Shown one piece after another: positions 1-10,065 of a DNA stretch of 64,000 bases. This DNA comes from an uncultured Acidobacteriaceae bacterium. Lineage in GTDB: Bacteria; Acidobacteriota; Terriglobia; Terriglobales; Acidobacteriaceae. Every line of letters begins with the position of its first letter. The stretch's first letter is position 1. The DNA lies in NCBI GenBank assembly GCA_963751285.1, contig CAVVUE010000005.1:301482-365481 (forward strand), in the 5' to 3' direction. Made by a program: the position numbers and the translations under genes. Below the pieces are notes generated by a model, which was not told the origin of the DNA, ran no database searches, and saw nothing but the letters and a program-made list of their open reading frames with translations.

Positions 1-1029
1 AGCCGGTGGCTGTCGGCAGCACGCGGGGCGCGTGGTATCGGAGGTGGCGCCTGGTGAGCCTGGATGGCAGCACATTCGATGTTGCCGACGAAAAGGCCAA
101 CGAAGATGCTTTCTCTCGTCCTGGAGCCAGCCGCGGTTCAAGTGCTTATCCTCAAATCCGTTTTGTGTCCCTGGTGGAGAACGGCACACACGTGCTGTTT
201 GGAAGTCACATGGACGGTTACCGGACCGGAGAAATCACGCTGGCAAAATCGGCTCTTCCGGCTTTGCGTAAAGGCATGCTCTGTTTGGCTGACCGGAACT
301 TCTTCGGCTTCGAACTGTGGAATCAGGCATCTGGCACGGGCGCGGACTTGCTCTGGCGGATGAAGAAGAACATGCGCATGGCCTCAGAGAAACGCCTGCC
401 CGATGGCTCCTATTTGAGCCAGGTGTATCCTTCCGAGCGCGACTGGCGACACAAAACCAACGGACAAATTCTTCGCGTGATCGATTACCGCCTGGAAGGA
501 ATCGCGGGCTCCGAGCCGATCTATCGCTTGGCGACCACCATCCTCGATCCTGGCAAAGCTGCAGCCGATGAACTCGCCGCCCTTTATCACGAGCGCTGGG
601 AGATAGAAACGGCATTCGATGAACTCAAGACCCACCTGCGCGGCGCCAAGATCGTGCTGCGCAGCAAGACACCGGATTTGGTGCGTCAAGAGTTCTACGG
701 ACTTTTGATGGCTCACTTCGCCATCCGCGGCCTGATGCACGAAGCCGCCCTCAAAGCCGATGAAGACCCCGACCGGCTCTCGTTCCTCCACGCCGTGCGC
801 GTGATCCGCCGCAAAATGGGTGTCTATGGCGCCATTCCCCCCTGCGAAGAGGAGAGCCTTTCATAAGGCGGTGCTTGGCGAAATACTCGAGGAACGCGTC
901 GTCTCCAGCCGCGATCGCCACAATCTTCGCGGGGTCAAGCGCAAGATGAGCAACTTCCCGCTCCGTTCGCGCCACGGCAAGACCCTGCCCGCGATCAACA
1001 TCCGAGCAGCCATCAGGATAGCTAAGTGA
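1..1029 (+). pseudogene. IS4-family DDE transposase, 5'-partial at window edge, reading frame broken once
   Basis: ORF 6..866 carries the IS4-type block LYHERWEIETAFDELKTHLRGAKIVLRSK. The expected tail (FPPAKRRAFHKAVLGEILEERVVSSRDRHNLRGVKRKMS) continues in the next frame (ORF 820..1029). The frames switch at a C6 run (837-842); removing one C gives ...GAIPPAKRRAFHK... Confidence 0.75.
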
Positions 1030-1175
1030 ACAGTATTAGGCTTAGCCCGCATTTCTCACGAGCTGGGTGTCGATTAGGGTGAGTAATTTTGGAAAAGAGG
1101 TAGGAAAGGCCGTCAGTTCATGGCATAAGTGCGTTGTCGAAGCGTAGTGGTAGCCGAGGAAAGGCGGCCTTTCTG

Positions 1176-1730
1176 ATGACAGAGTGTAACCAAGGTTGGT
1201 TCTCGTTTGCAGCCCATTTTTCGCGTCGCGTAGAGGCCGGGTTCACTGCTGGTCAAGTGTCGAGCGACGGCGGAGCGTTGTTGTTGCGAGAAGCAGATCG
1301 CAAGATCAGCCTGCTGGGGCGGGTGGCGAGCTGTTTCATCGATGGCCGTGCACCATTGCTGGTCAAGCACCGCTTGTCGGAGATGCTGGCGCAGCGCATC
1401 TACGGGTTGGCGCTGGGCTACGAAGACCTGAACGATCACGAGCAGTTGCGTGCCGATCCGCTGTTTGCCCTGCTCAGCGGCAAGCGCAAGCTGGAGGAGC
1501 CGCTGGCTGGCAAGAGTACGCTGAACCGGCTGGAGTTGACCGGCCGCAGCCTGCGTTATCATAAGATCAGCTACTCGGCCGAGTCGATGGACCGGCTGCT
1601 GACGAACCTGTTCATCGAGTCGCATGCCGCACCGCCAGCTCAGATCGTGCTCGATCTGGACGCGACCGACATCCCGCTCTACGGCCATCAGCCGGAGCGC
1701 TTCTTCCACGGCTACTACGACAGCTATGGC
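1176..1730 (+). pseudogene. IS1380-family transposase, N-terminal stub of about 185 codons
   Basis: MTECNQGWFSF...VSSDGGALLLREADRKISLL...LALGYEDLNDHEQLRADPLF...LDLDATDIPLYGHQPERFFHGYYDSYG parallels the N-terminal half of the intact IS1380-type transposase at 46944..48272 (TSDGGLILVRELDERLGF, LAGYEDVNDSERLAQDPSF, LDMDSTEIPVYGEQE..GHFESTCY). Similarity stops at about 1730. Confidence 0.7.
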
Positions 1731-3031
1731 TTGAGAAAGGCCAACAGCCGCCTGTTCACATGCTCGGACTGTTCTTGTTGCACCCAGTGCCCTGCGTCGT
1801 CGATCAGGTACACGCCACGGAGTTGAGTGCAGACTTGCTTCTCCATCCTTTCGAAGGCGCCCGGCCTTTGATAAACATTCCAGTCGCTTTTGCCGGCGAT
1901 GAACAAGGTCGGAACGTCGATCGTGCGGCCGGAAAAGAGGCGCAGTTCAGCCGAGTTGCGCGAATCCTGGCCGACGCGATACCCCTCCAGCCCCCCCTGG
2001 AAGCCCGTGCGAGTGTATTCATTGCTGTAAACCGTCAGTTCGCGTTCTGTCAGCCATTTGCACGTTGCGATTTGTTCCGCGGAGGGCATCTCGGGGGCGA
2101 CGGTCTCTGCCATGCCTTTGTCAAAATCCATGATGTAGTAGCGCGGCATCTTCGCCAGCTCGGTGGCAGTCCACGACTTGAGCGGAAATGGCCTGTTGCC
2201 CGGCCAATCTGCACTTTTCATGTAATAGTAGGCGCGGAGGAAGTTGTGAACACCCTCCGGCGCGTGCCACATGTCGTCGTTCGCTTCACGAGTGGCATAG
2301 TAACGCTGGTAATGCTTTCGTGGAGGAGTAAGCGCAGCCAGTTCGTCATAGATATTGTCTTTGGGGGCGGTGGTTGCGGCGCCTAGTGTAGGCACATTGG
2401 CCGTGTTGAACGCCAGAGACGGAGTACCGCCAAAAGGACCGCTCATCAACACAAGAGACTGAAAGACGTCTGGCCGTACGATGGAACACCAAGCTGCCAA
2501 AGGCGCTCCAAAATCGTGTCCGACGACGGCGGAGACCGAGCGATAGCCAAATGCAACAACCAAACCAAGTACATCTCTGACCAGGTTTAATGTGCGGAAT
2601 GGACTAAGGTCGTCGTCGTACTTAACGTCCCAGCCATCGGTCCGGCCGTAGCCACGCAGATCAGGAGCGATGGCATGATATCCAGCCGCAGCCAAGGCCG
2701 GCATAACCTTGCGCCAGCTGAAAGCGAGCTCGGGGAAACCATGAAGGAGCACGACGGCTGGCCGGTCTCTCGTCTCGAATCCAGCTTCGAGCACATGCAT
2801 CCTGATTCCGTTGCCGTTGTTCAAAAAGCGAGAGCGCATTAATGCGGGAAGGGCTGACGGATAATAAGGCTCCGTTTCGGAGGGCACCTGTGTTGCGCCA
2901 ACATCCGTCGCATGCAGCAGCTTGCTAATTGCTAGGGCACCTACGAATTTTCCTGCGCCATGCAAAAACTCACGGCGTGCCACAGCGCCGCTGAAGAGAG
3001 TGTTAGCTCGTTCAATTCGAGTTGTCGACAC
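1724..3031 (-). CDS. Tat-signal alpha/beta-fold hydrolase (epoxide-hydrolase/esterase-like)
   Basis: GTG start with GAGGGGAA upstream. N-terminus has RREFLHGAGKFVGALAI (twin-arginine type). Core has VVLLHGFPELAFSWRKV and the nucleophile elbow VVGHDFGA, and the protein ends ...DDAGHWVQQEQSEHVNRRLLAFLKP. Confidence 0.75.
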   Translation of the reverse strand: MSTTRIERANTLFSGAVARREFLHGAGKFVGALAISKLLHATDVGATQVPSETEPYYPSALPALMRSRFLNNGNGIRMHVLEAGFETRDRPAVVLLHGFPELAFSWRKVMPALAAAGYHAIAPDLRGYGRTDGWDVKYDDDLSPFRTLNLVRDVLGLVVAFGYRSVSAVVGHDFGAPLAAWCSIVRPDVFQSLVLMSGPFGGTPSLAFNTANVPTLGAATTAPKDNIYDELAALTPPRKHYQRYYATREANDDMWHAPEGVHNFLRAYYYMKSADWPGNRPFPLKSWTATELAKMPRYYIMDFDKGMAETVAPEMPSAEQIATCKWLTERELTVYSNEYTRTGFQGGLEGYRVGQDSRNSAELRLFSGRTIDVPTLFIAGKSDWNVYQRPGAFERMEKQVCTQLRGVYLIDDAGHWVQQEQSEHVNRRLLAFLKP

Positions 3032-3063
3032 TTGTCATTCCCCTCAAAACCGTCCTCGCGATC

Positions 3064-5067
3064 TCATTGGTCAAGGCGCTCAAGAGAAGGCATGATGGGC
3101 AGGGAGCCCCGGACCTCATCGAGCCAGTTGCTCCAAGCCTTTGGATCTTTCCCATCGTTCCGACCTGTTAATGCTTCGAGTGTAAGATGAGCAAATTCTG
3201 CAAGGTTGGCGCGGCGATCTTCAAGAAACGGAATGAGGGCTTCGTATCCTTCAGCGTCCCCCAGCGTAGCCATGGCGCGGCCCAGGATTAATTCGACAAG
3301 CGCACGACGATCGAGGCGGAAATCGATCACAAGGCCCTCGCATACCGATTGCCGATTCAGATTGGGCCGGTTACGAAGCTTCCTGAGGATCGGCAATGCG
3401 GCTGGATCGCCGAGCAACATCGCTCCATAACAGATAGAATCGACATAATGGAACGGCCACGGCAGCTCCGACGAAAAGTCGTTGGGCTCTGCCTTCACAA
3501 GGTCGGCAAACTTGTCCCATACAGCGAGCGCGCGCGGGTCGCGGCACATCCCGATGCAGTAAACCAAGTCGGCTGGCGCGATGGGGACGCAATGCCACTT
3601 CCGGTGCGGAAGATTGCCATTTGGCAGCGGCTTTGGCGGAACATTCGGGCTGGCCAGCGACCGCTCAAATGCATCGACAAGCGTTGGAACTCCCGCCCTC
3701 GAACTGAACATTGCCAGCGCTTGCGCTAATCTAACTTTCCGGTCTCCACTTGCTTGTGCGTGTTCCTCTTCCAGAATCGACACAGCTATACGGGGATCGG
3801 CGGTACAAATCTCGACAAACGGCACCCTCTTACGAAAGTCCGGAGTCCCTTCACGTGCCAGCAGCCGCTCCTCCCACGCGCCTAGCGGACTGCCATCCAG
3901 CTCCTTGACGAACGCTCTTACCTCGGCCTCATTCCATGGCTCATCCCTGATAGTGCGGGTGAGCATCTCCGGAAGCAGCGTGCCTACCTCCGTGAGCCGC
4001 CGCTGCACCTTAGAAAAGTCAACATTGCGCGGTGGAACCTTTTCTCTTATCGCGTGGGCAGCAGCAACACCTACAGAACCACCAAGGTTCTCCATGTCTG
4101 GTTGATTGCGCAGATTGAAGAGCGTGTCGTGTTTACCCGAATAGGCCTTCGCAGCAACGATGATGTTATCCAGCCCGCGCGGGAGCAAGGCGCGGTAAGG
4201 CATTTCCGTCGGAATGATCGGCGATATGAACCCCGTGCGAAGCCAATCGGTCGTGACCTTTCCGTGGATGTCCATTGTGCCCGCTCCCATATTGATGACA
4301 TCAGGGTATTCACGCTGGTGGAGGATATCGGAGTAATTCACCAAGATATCCCCGATAATGTGACGTGACTCGCGAGTAGCCAAGTAGACCCCGTGATCGT
4401 GGCATTTTGGTCCGAGTCGGCGGCCCACCAAGATGGCACGTGTGTAGTCGTCCACGTTGCTAATGTCGACCGAGTTTTGGAAATCCAGTCTGAGGAAGGT
4501 CGGCTCAAGAAACTCAGCCAGATAACAATACATGGGATAGTGCTCGTGTGCTGGGCCGTAGACGAACTCAGCTCCGGCAAACGCGGCGACGTCGCCGTCA
4601 CCAGTGGTATCAACGGTTATCTCGGACAGGATCGCCATTGGTCCGTATGGTGTTGCGGCCACCACGCCACGAAGTTGCTCATCCTCGATTACGGCTGCGA
4701 TTACAGTTGCATTGAAGTTAACATCGACCTGCGAATTGCAGGCGTCGTTGAGCAACGCCCACATCTTGGCTTCGATGTTCCAGGACTGATTGAGCGTATT
4801 GGATGATAGCGGCCAATTGATCGATTTGTGAACGTCATCGACAAGCCGGCTGTTGCGCAGTGCAAAGCCAGCCCAATAACGACCGAAGAAGTATTGGTAA
4901 ACTCCCCCAATGGTTCCAGCGCCACCCAATCCCGAGTTGAGATCGAGGACGATCGTCCTGGCCCCTTCGCGGCTCGCAGAACTTGCGCAGGTTGCGCCGC
5001 AGGTGCCTCCACCAACAACCAGGACGTCTGCCTCCTTATGCACCGGAACAACTGAAGGCGGCACCAT
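3064..5067 (-). CDS. FAD-dependent oxidoreductase (FAD_oxidored/PF12831-like) with helical-repeat C-terminal region
   Basis: Dinucleotide fold DVLVVGGGTCGATCASSASREGARTIVLDLNSGLGGAGT. The long C-terminal part looks HEAT/ARM-like. The start is uncertain: ATG at 5067 is chosen; the ORF-track start at 5238 would overlap the upstream gene by 86 nt and has no RBS. Confidence 0.6.
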   Translation of the reverse strand: MVPPSVVPVHKEADVLVVGGGTCGATCASSASREGARTIVLDLNSGLGGAGTIGGVYQYFFGRYWAGFALRNSRLVDDVHKSINWPLSSNTLNQSWNIEAKMWALLNDACNSQVDVNFNATVIAAVIEDEQLRGVVAATPYGPMAILSEITVDTTGDGDVAAFAGAEFVYGPAHEHYPMYCYLAEFLEPTFLRLDFQNSVDISNVDDYTRAILVGRRLGPKCHDHGVYLATRESRHIIGDILVNYSDILHQREYPDVINMGAGTMDIHGKVTTDWLRTGFISPIIPTEMPYRALLPRGLDNIIVAAKAYSGKHDTLFNLRNQPDMENLGGSVGVAAAHAIREKVPPRNVDFSKVQRRLTEVGTLLPEMLTRTIRDEPWNEAEVRAFVKELDGSPLGAWEERLLAREGTPDFRKRVPFVEICTADPRIAVSILEEEHAQASGDRKVRLAQALAMFSSRAGVPTLVDAFERSLASPNVPPKPLPNGNLPHRKWHCVPIAPADLVYCIGMCRDPRALAVWDKFADLVKAEPNDFSSELPWPFHYVDSICYGAMLLGDPAALPILRKLRNRPNLNRQSVCEGLVIDFRLDRRALVELILGRAMATLGDAEGYEALIPFLEDRRANLAEFAHLTLEALTGRNDGKDPKAWSNWLDEVRGSLPIMPSLERLDQ

Positions 5068-5152
5068 CAATCTTTCGTAAAAACGTCCACGCTGGGGTGA
5101 GTCTTGCGCTTTGACCTCGAGCCGGTGGGGATACGAGTAAAAGACTTTGTAG

Positions 5153-6385
5153 TCAGAGTCTCTGATCGACAGCGACTTCACCGCTTCGAATAGTCGGAAG
5201 CGCAGCCTGAGCGAAGGCCTTTCCCACAAGCGAAGCATTGACTGGATCGCGAACTAGTTCTTGGTGCCCAACGGCCTCATTGATGCACCATAAACCCTTC
5301 ACGGGGCCAGCCAAATCTTGAAGCGGCACTCGAACGGGATGGTTGGCTTTGTCACTCAAGGCCAGTTCTGAAGGGCTCAATCCGGTAGTCCATTGCGGCC
5401 CACGATTTTGGAATGCAGTTGTTTGCGGTCCGTCGAGCTCCATAGCGCAGACGCCGAGCTTTGCATGAGCGAATGCCGGGACAGTCTGAATGAGATGAGC
5501 GGCCAAGTGCATGCTGCGGCGTCGCGCCTCGATTTCTCGTTGTGTCCTGCCATCGTGGTCCATTCCACCCATCTGCAGATCGAGGGGGCACTCGAGCAAA
5601 ATGTGATCCGCTCCCCTATATCCCCTATGGACTGTCAACGTATTCCCGGCTATACCCAGCTCTGCCGGAATACGAATGCTGAGCGAATTTAATGGCCCGA
5701 CGCCTGTGAACTCCATCATCCGTACGAAGTGAAAGTCGCCTAGCGACTCTGCCCTAAATTTCGCTCCTGCTAATCGCGCTACCAGTGCAGTGCTTGTCGT
5801 ATCGATGACTTGATGTGCAAGAAGCGCCTGACGGCCCGACTTATTGCCAATTACGATTCCGCGGATCTCTCCATCTGAAACAACCACGCCAGTGGGAAAG
5901 CTTGCATAGACCAGTTGCACCTTGGCATCGAGAAGTAGATCCTCGGCCGCAAGCTTGAAGCTGTCCATCCAAAGCGGAGTCTCTCCCGGCGCAGGTTTGA
6001 TGTTCATCTTCTTCAGACACACGGCAAAAACATCCGGAACATCTCCAGACTGAGCGAGACTACCTAGATCAACCCAGGGCTTGAGCGTGGCGGCAATTTC
6101 CCGCCCGAGGTAGGTCCGGTGCTCGACGAGAACGACCTTTTTGCCTGCACGGGCAAACTCGAGAGCGGCAGCGATCCCAACGAGCGAACCTCCGGCGACG
6201 ATTACATCCGAGCGAAGCAAAATGGGCAGCCGGGACCGCGTAAAGCAGACACACGGCCCACTAATCGGTGCGGTCGCTTCCTCTGCAAGCAATGCCGAAT
6301 CTGTCACAAGCATTGCAATCGTGCCCGCACCGAGGCCGGTCAGAAAACTGCGGCGGGAAAAACCGCGCGATCCTTTGTTCTTCAT
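5153..6385 (-). CDS. Tat-signal FAD-dependent oxidoreductase
   Basis: MKNKGSRGFSRRSFLTGLGAGTIAML (twin-arginine signal), then Rossmann motif VIVAGGSLVGIAAALEFARAGKKVVLVEH. A GAGG RBS precedes the ATG. Confidence 0.65.
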   Translation of the reverse strand: MKNKGSRGFSRRSFLTGLGAGTIAMLVTDSALLAEEATAPISGPCVCFTRSRLPILLRSDVIVAGGSLVGIAAALEFARAGKKVVLVEHRTYLGREIAATLKPWVDLGSLAQSGDVPDVFAVCLKKMNIKPAPGETPLWMDSFKLAAEDLLLDAKVQLVYASFPTGVVVSDGEIRGIVIGNKSGRQALLAHQVIDTTSTALVARLAGAKFRAESLGDFHFVRMMEFTGVGPLNSLSIRIPAELGIAGNTLTVHRGYRGADHILLECPLDLQMGGMDHDGRTQREIEARRRSMHLAAHLIQTVPAFAHAKLGVCAMELDGPQTTAFQNRGPQWTTGLSPSELALSDKANHPVRVPLQDLAGPVKGLWCINEAVGHQELVRDPVNASLVGKAFAQAALPTIRSGEVAVDQRL

Positions 6386-6619
6386 AATGCCTCGTTTCGT
6401 TCCTGAAAAAATTCAGAAGCTGTTTCATTAACTCCGCAAGATAAGGTAAACGGTTGGCCCTGGTGGGGACGTAGTGTCTCCAAAGGGCGGAAAGCGGGCC
6501 CTAAAAACACCAAATCAAGCGCGAACGGCCTTCATTTTGGGCAGATCTCGCTCGGCAATCACAGCTAAAGCGGCGCGGCGCTCCGACGCCGCGAAATCAT
6601 GAGCCTGTGCAGAGGCTCC

Positions 6620-8126
6620 CTAGTGTGCGGTCTTGGTTTCACTGGCAATCCAGAATTCGAAGGATTGCGGTTGGACTGTGATTGCCACATCCTCGCCACC
6701 CCGCTTTCTTCCAATAGGCTGGTTGAGCGCTGTCACCGTGTAGCGGTGACCAACCAGCGTTCCGCTGTCTTCCCCATGCAAGTGGAAGGTGAACGGTACA
6801 GGACCCCGGTTGGACAATGCAATGCCCAGCTCGCCCTGCTTGCTGCGCCAAACGAGGATCCGCTGGTCATATCGGACAGTGTCTTCGTCGACCTGCAGAC
6901 GCGTAGAGTCCCAGGGCATGTATTTCACGAATCCGGCAAGTGCATTCCAATTCTGAGCATTGAACACCCAATGACCTGGCTCAAGATTTGGAGCCAGGGC
7001 TTGCTTTGGTTGGCCTTTTGGAAGCCAGAAGCCAAGGCCATAGCCTTTCGCTTCGATGTTCGTCACAGGCCTCAGCGCATGCAGCCAGAACCATGTTGGC
7101 GAATCCTTCGAAGACCAGCCAATTCATCACGCTCTGGCCCGTATTCATGAAGAAAGAGTTGAACGTGGGGTGGTCCCACGGCTGGTATTCGAATTCGTTT
7201 TGATAAACGGGCTTTCCGTCGGCCCCTTTCAGGTACTCGGCTCGCTTGTCGATCTGGTCGTTTGAGTCGTGACCGATCTGGTGCCACGTCCACGCGTCAA
7301 TGTACTTCTCCAGCGCCGGATCCTTTCGAATCTCCGCTGCGTACGGTCCTGCCGGACCATCCCTGCTCGGGGCATGAATCTCCACATTGGGCAGAAGCGC
7401 GCGTACTTTCGGCGCCGCAAATCTCAATGCCACCGCATAGTCCTCAGGTGAGTAATAACAGGTTCCATAGTGCTGTTTTGCCGCGTCGTCATGCGGGCCG
7501 GTCGCCTTGCGCGGACGGCCAACGTCCGGTTCGTTCTGCATCCCCCACATCGCGATATGCAGACCATGCGCCTGCAGGTAGCGAAGGTCCTCAATCATGG
7601 CGTCAGAAAAGGCATTCAAGAAGGCTGGATCGTTGCCCGCGATGGTACCGCCATAGAAGGTCTTGTTCTGTTTCCAGAATGGCGCCGGGGACCAGTATTC
7701 AACATCGAATCCCTCGATACCGGATTCATCCTGCATCGTTCGCAGATCGTCCATCTGCCCGGGGTACCGCTCGATGATGTGCTTCTGATCGGCGTCGGTC
7801 CCGCGAAGGTGAACACCTAGTCCTAGGCGTACATACCGAAACCCGTGCAGAAGCTGATGGTAGAACCTTGTGCGCTCTTCCGGGGTCAGATCATGTGGAA
7901 CCGAGATGACTGCGTCCGGCATACCCGTATTACCGGAAGCGACACTGTCGTTGTGGATCATCAATCCAAGCCCCTTGATGACCTGCCGTGGCTGGTCGGC
8001 TCGAATCGTATAGTTTCCGCTAGTCTGCGCCGCAACATGCGTCCCCGCAATCCAGAGCGCTGAAGCCGCAATGCCACAGAGGCCGCGCCAGAGGATCGTT
8101 CTAAGGGTAAGTCTGCCTGGTCTCAT
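6620..8126 (-). pseudogene. Clan GH-A glycoside hydrolase (GH30-like), secreted, one frameshift
   Basis: Signal peptide MRPGRLTLRTILWRGLCGIAASALWIAGTHVAAQ with AGGAGAA RBS. Acid/base-type motif WGMQNEPD. The N-terminal frame (ORF 6981..8201) degenerates after ...SVMNWLVFEGFAN. A plausible continuation, TWFWLHALRPVTNIEAKGYGLGFW... with a beta-sandwich-like tail, is in ORF 6620..7066. The switch is at about 7090-7105. Confidence 0.55.
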
Positions 8127-8394
8127 GTCCTGTTCTCCTGAAGTTACGCGATGAAGCTCGCGAGAGCTATGTGGCGCCGGATATAGTGCCGGTCCTCTCA
8201 ATAAACCGGCACTTCGTAAATCGTGGCTGCTCGATCGCCCTCATCACTGGAAGTGTTAGGACTTAACCATCCCTCCTCTGACGCTCAATCAGTTCTGGTC
8301 GAAAATGTCGAAAGAGTCGCAACCGCTCTGAGTCGCAGCCTTGGGCATGTTCGCAGGTTACGCATTCCCCCTGTAATCGCTCGAGCGAAGCCTA

Positions 8395-10065
8395 TCAAAC
8401 GCCTCCACTCTTTGCTTCTTTGATCAGATGATCCGCCGCACGATACGCAAGTGCCTGGATGGTGAATGCGGGATGATTCCGGCCGCCGGTGACGAAGTTG
8501 CTGCCATCCACAATGAACAAGTTCGGCACGTCGTGCGCACGGTGGTACTTGTCCACCACCGAATTCTTCGGGGCGTTCCCCATTCGGCAGGTGCCCCGGC
8601 TATGGGCTCCTCCCCTGGGTTCGCCGATGGGTTCCGCCCACATCGTTTTGGCTCCGGCCGCCTGGAGAATTTCCAACGACTTCTGGCTGAAGAATTCCAC
8701 ACACTTGCGGTCGTTCGGATGGCCCGCCGACGTGATACGCATTGCTGGTAAACCCCAGGCGTCTTCCAAATCGGGGTCCAGATCCACTCGATTGGTCTCA
8801 ACCGGCAACTGCGTGATGTAGCTGACCATGTCCACCCTGTGGTTGGCCCACTCTCGGAGCACCTTCTTGTAGCCTGCTCCCCAACTTGGAGCGCCGTGTT
8901 GAACTTGAAGCCCCCATTGAATGGGCGTCTGCAGCTCCAGCCCGCGAGCGGTCATGCGGCCGCCGCCATAGAAGCCGCGCTTGGGATCGCTCGGGACATA
9001 TTCGACAACGGCAGCCCCGCACACGATGCCCTTGTATTCGTTGACCGGATGCTCGAAGATTCCGCTGGCGTGAGCACCGTTTCCACTCATCAGGTACTTG
9101 CCGACCACGCCGTTGGAATTTGCGAGACCGTCAGGAAAGTGTGCCGATTTCGAGATCAGCAGCAGTCGCGGCGTCTCCAGACCGTTTGCGGAAAGCACCA
9201 CTGCCTTGGCCTTCTGAAAGACCTCTCTCTTCTGGGAGTCGAAATAGATGGCCCCTGTCACGCGGCCGTTCTTATCGACGGGGATTTCACGAACGTAGCT
9301 TAGCGTTCGGATTTCGCATCGGCCGGTCCTCTCGGCAATGGGAATCACGGTGACGGCCGCACTCGACCGCGCTTTGATCTGGCATCCAAAGCCCGAACAC
9401 ATTCCGCAATTAATGCATCCTGGCCGCCCATGATAGGGCTGGCTAAGAATCGCGGTGACATTGTTTACGACTTTAATGCCAAGCTTGCGGCCCGCGGCCA
9501 TCAGCAGTGCGCCGGAACTTTTCAGCGGCATCGGCAGGACAGGATAGGGCTTCGACATGGGCGCCAGGAACGGTGTGTCGATCTTCTGCGGGCCCGAGAT
9601 ACCGAGCTCCCACTCGGCCTTAGTGTAGTAGGGCTCCAGCTCGTCATAGGTGATGGGCCAGTCCGCAAAACCGGTGCCGGCGATCGTCCCCTCGTGCGTG
9701 GCTTCATTGAACTCGTACGGAAGGTGGCGCCAACTGCTGCCGCCGTAGGTCACCGTTCCACCCCCCAGCACACACGGCATTGTCATTCTGCCCCGGACGG
9801 CTTTGTCCTTGTCGGTCTGGCGCCAGGTGCTCGGCTGCAGGCGAGGGTCGGAGGCAAAACGGTCAGCGAAGGTTGGAGGGTAGAGAGTGGCAAGGAGCTC
9901 GTCCTTGGTATAGTCCTCGTCGTGCCCGTATGCGCCAGGACCACCCTGCTCTAGCATCACTACCGAAAACCCCGCCACAGAGAGTTCCTTGGCCATGACG
10001 CTTCCGGCGCATCCGGACCCGATGACAACAAAATCAACCTCGGTCGATGGCTTAAACCGTATCAT
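8395..10065 (-). CDS. GMC-family FAD oxidoreductase (large subunit of a gluconate-2-dehydrogenase / glucoside-3-dehydrogenase-type enzyme)
   Basis: N-terminal VDFVVIGSGCAGSVMAKELSVAGFSVVMLEQGG and GMC-type C-terminus ...HSRGTCRMG...NLFIVDGSNFVTGGRNHPAFTIQALAYRAADHL. It has no signal peptide of its own. Its ATG overlaps the upstream stop (ATGA). Confidence 0.85.
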   Translation of the reverse strand: MIRFKPSTEVDFVVIGSGCAGSVMAKELSVAGFSVVMLEQGGPGAYGHDEDYTKDELLATLYPPTFADRFASDPRLQPSTWRQTDKDKAVRGRMTMPCVLGGGTVTYGGSSWRHLPYEFNEATHEGTIAGTGFADWPITYDELEPYYTKAEWELGISGPQKIDTPFLAPMSKPYPVLPMPLKSSGALLMAAGRKLGIKVVNNVTAILSQPYHGRPGCINCGMCSGFGCQIKARSSAAVTVIPIAERTGRCEIRTLSYVREIPVDKNGRVTGAIYFDSQKREVFQKAKAVVLSANGLETPRLLLISKSAHFPDGLANSNGVVGKYLMSGNGAHASGIFEHPVNEYKGIVCGAAVVEYVPSDPKRGFYGGGRMTARGLELQTPIQWGLQVQHGAPSWGAGYKKVLREWANHRVDMVSYITQLPVETNRVDLDPDLEDAWGLPAMRITSAGHPNDRKCVEFFSQKSLEILQAAGAKTMWAEPIGEPRGGAHSRGTCRMGNAPKNSVVDKYHRAHDVPNLFIVDGSNFVTGGRNHPAFTIQALAYRAADHLIKEAKSGGV

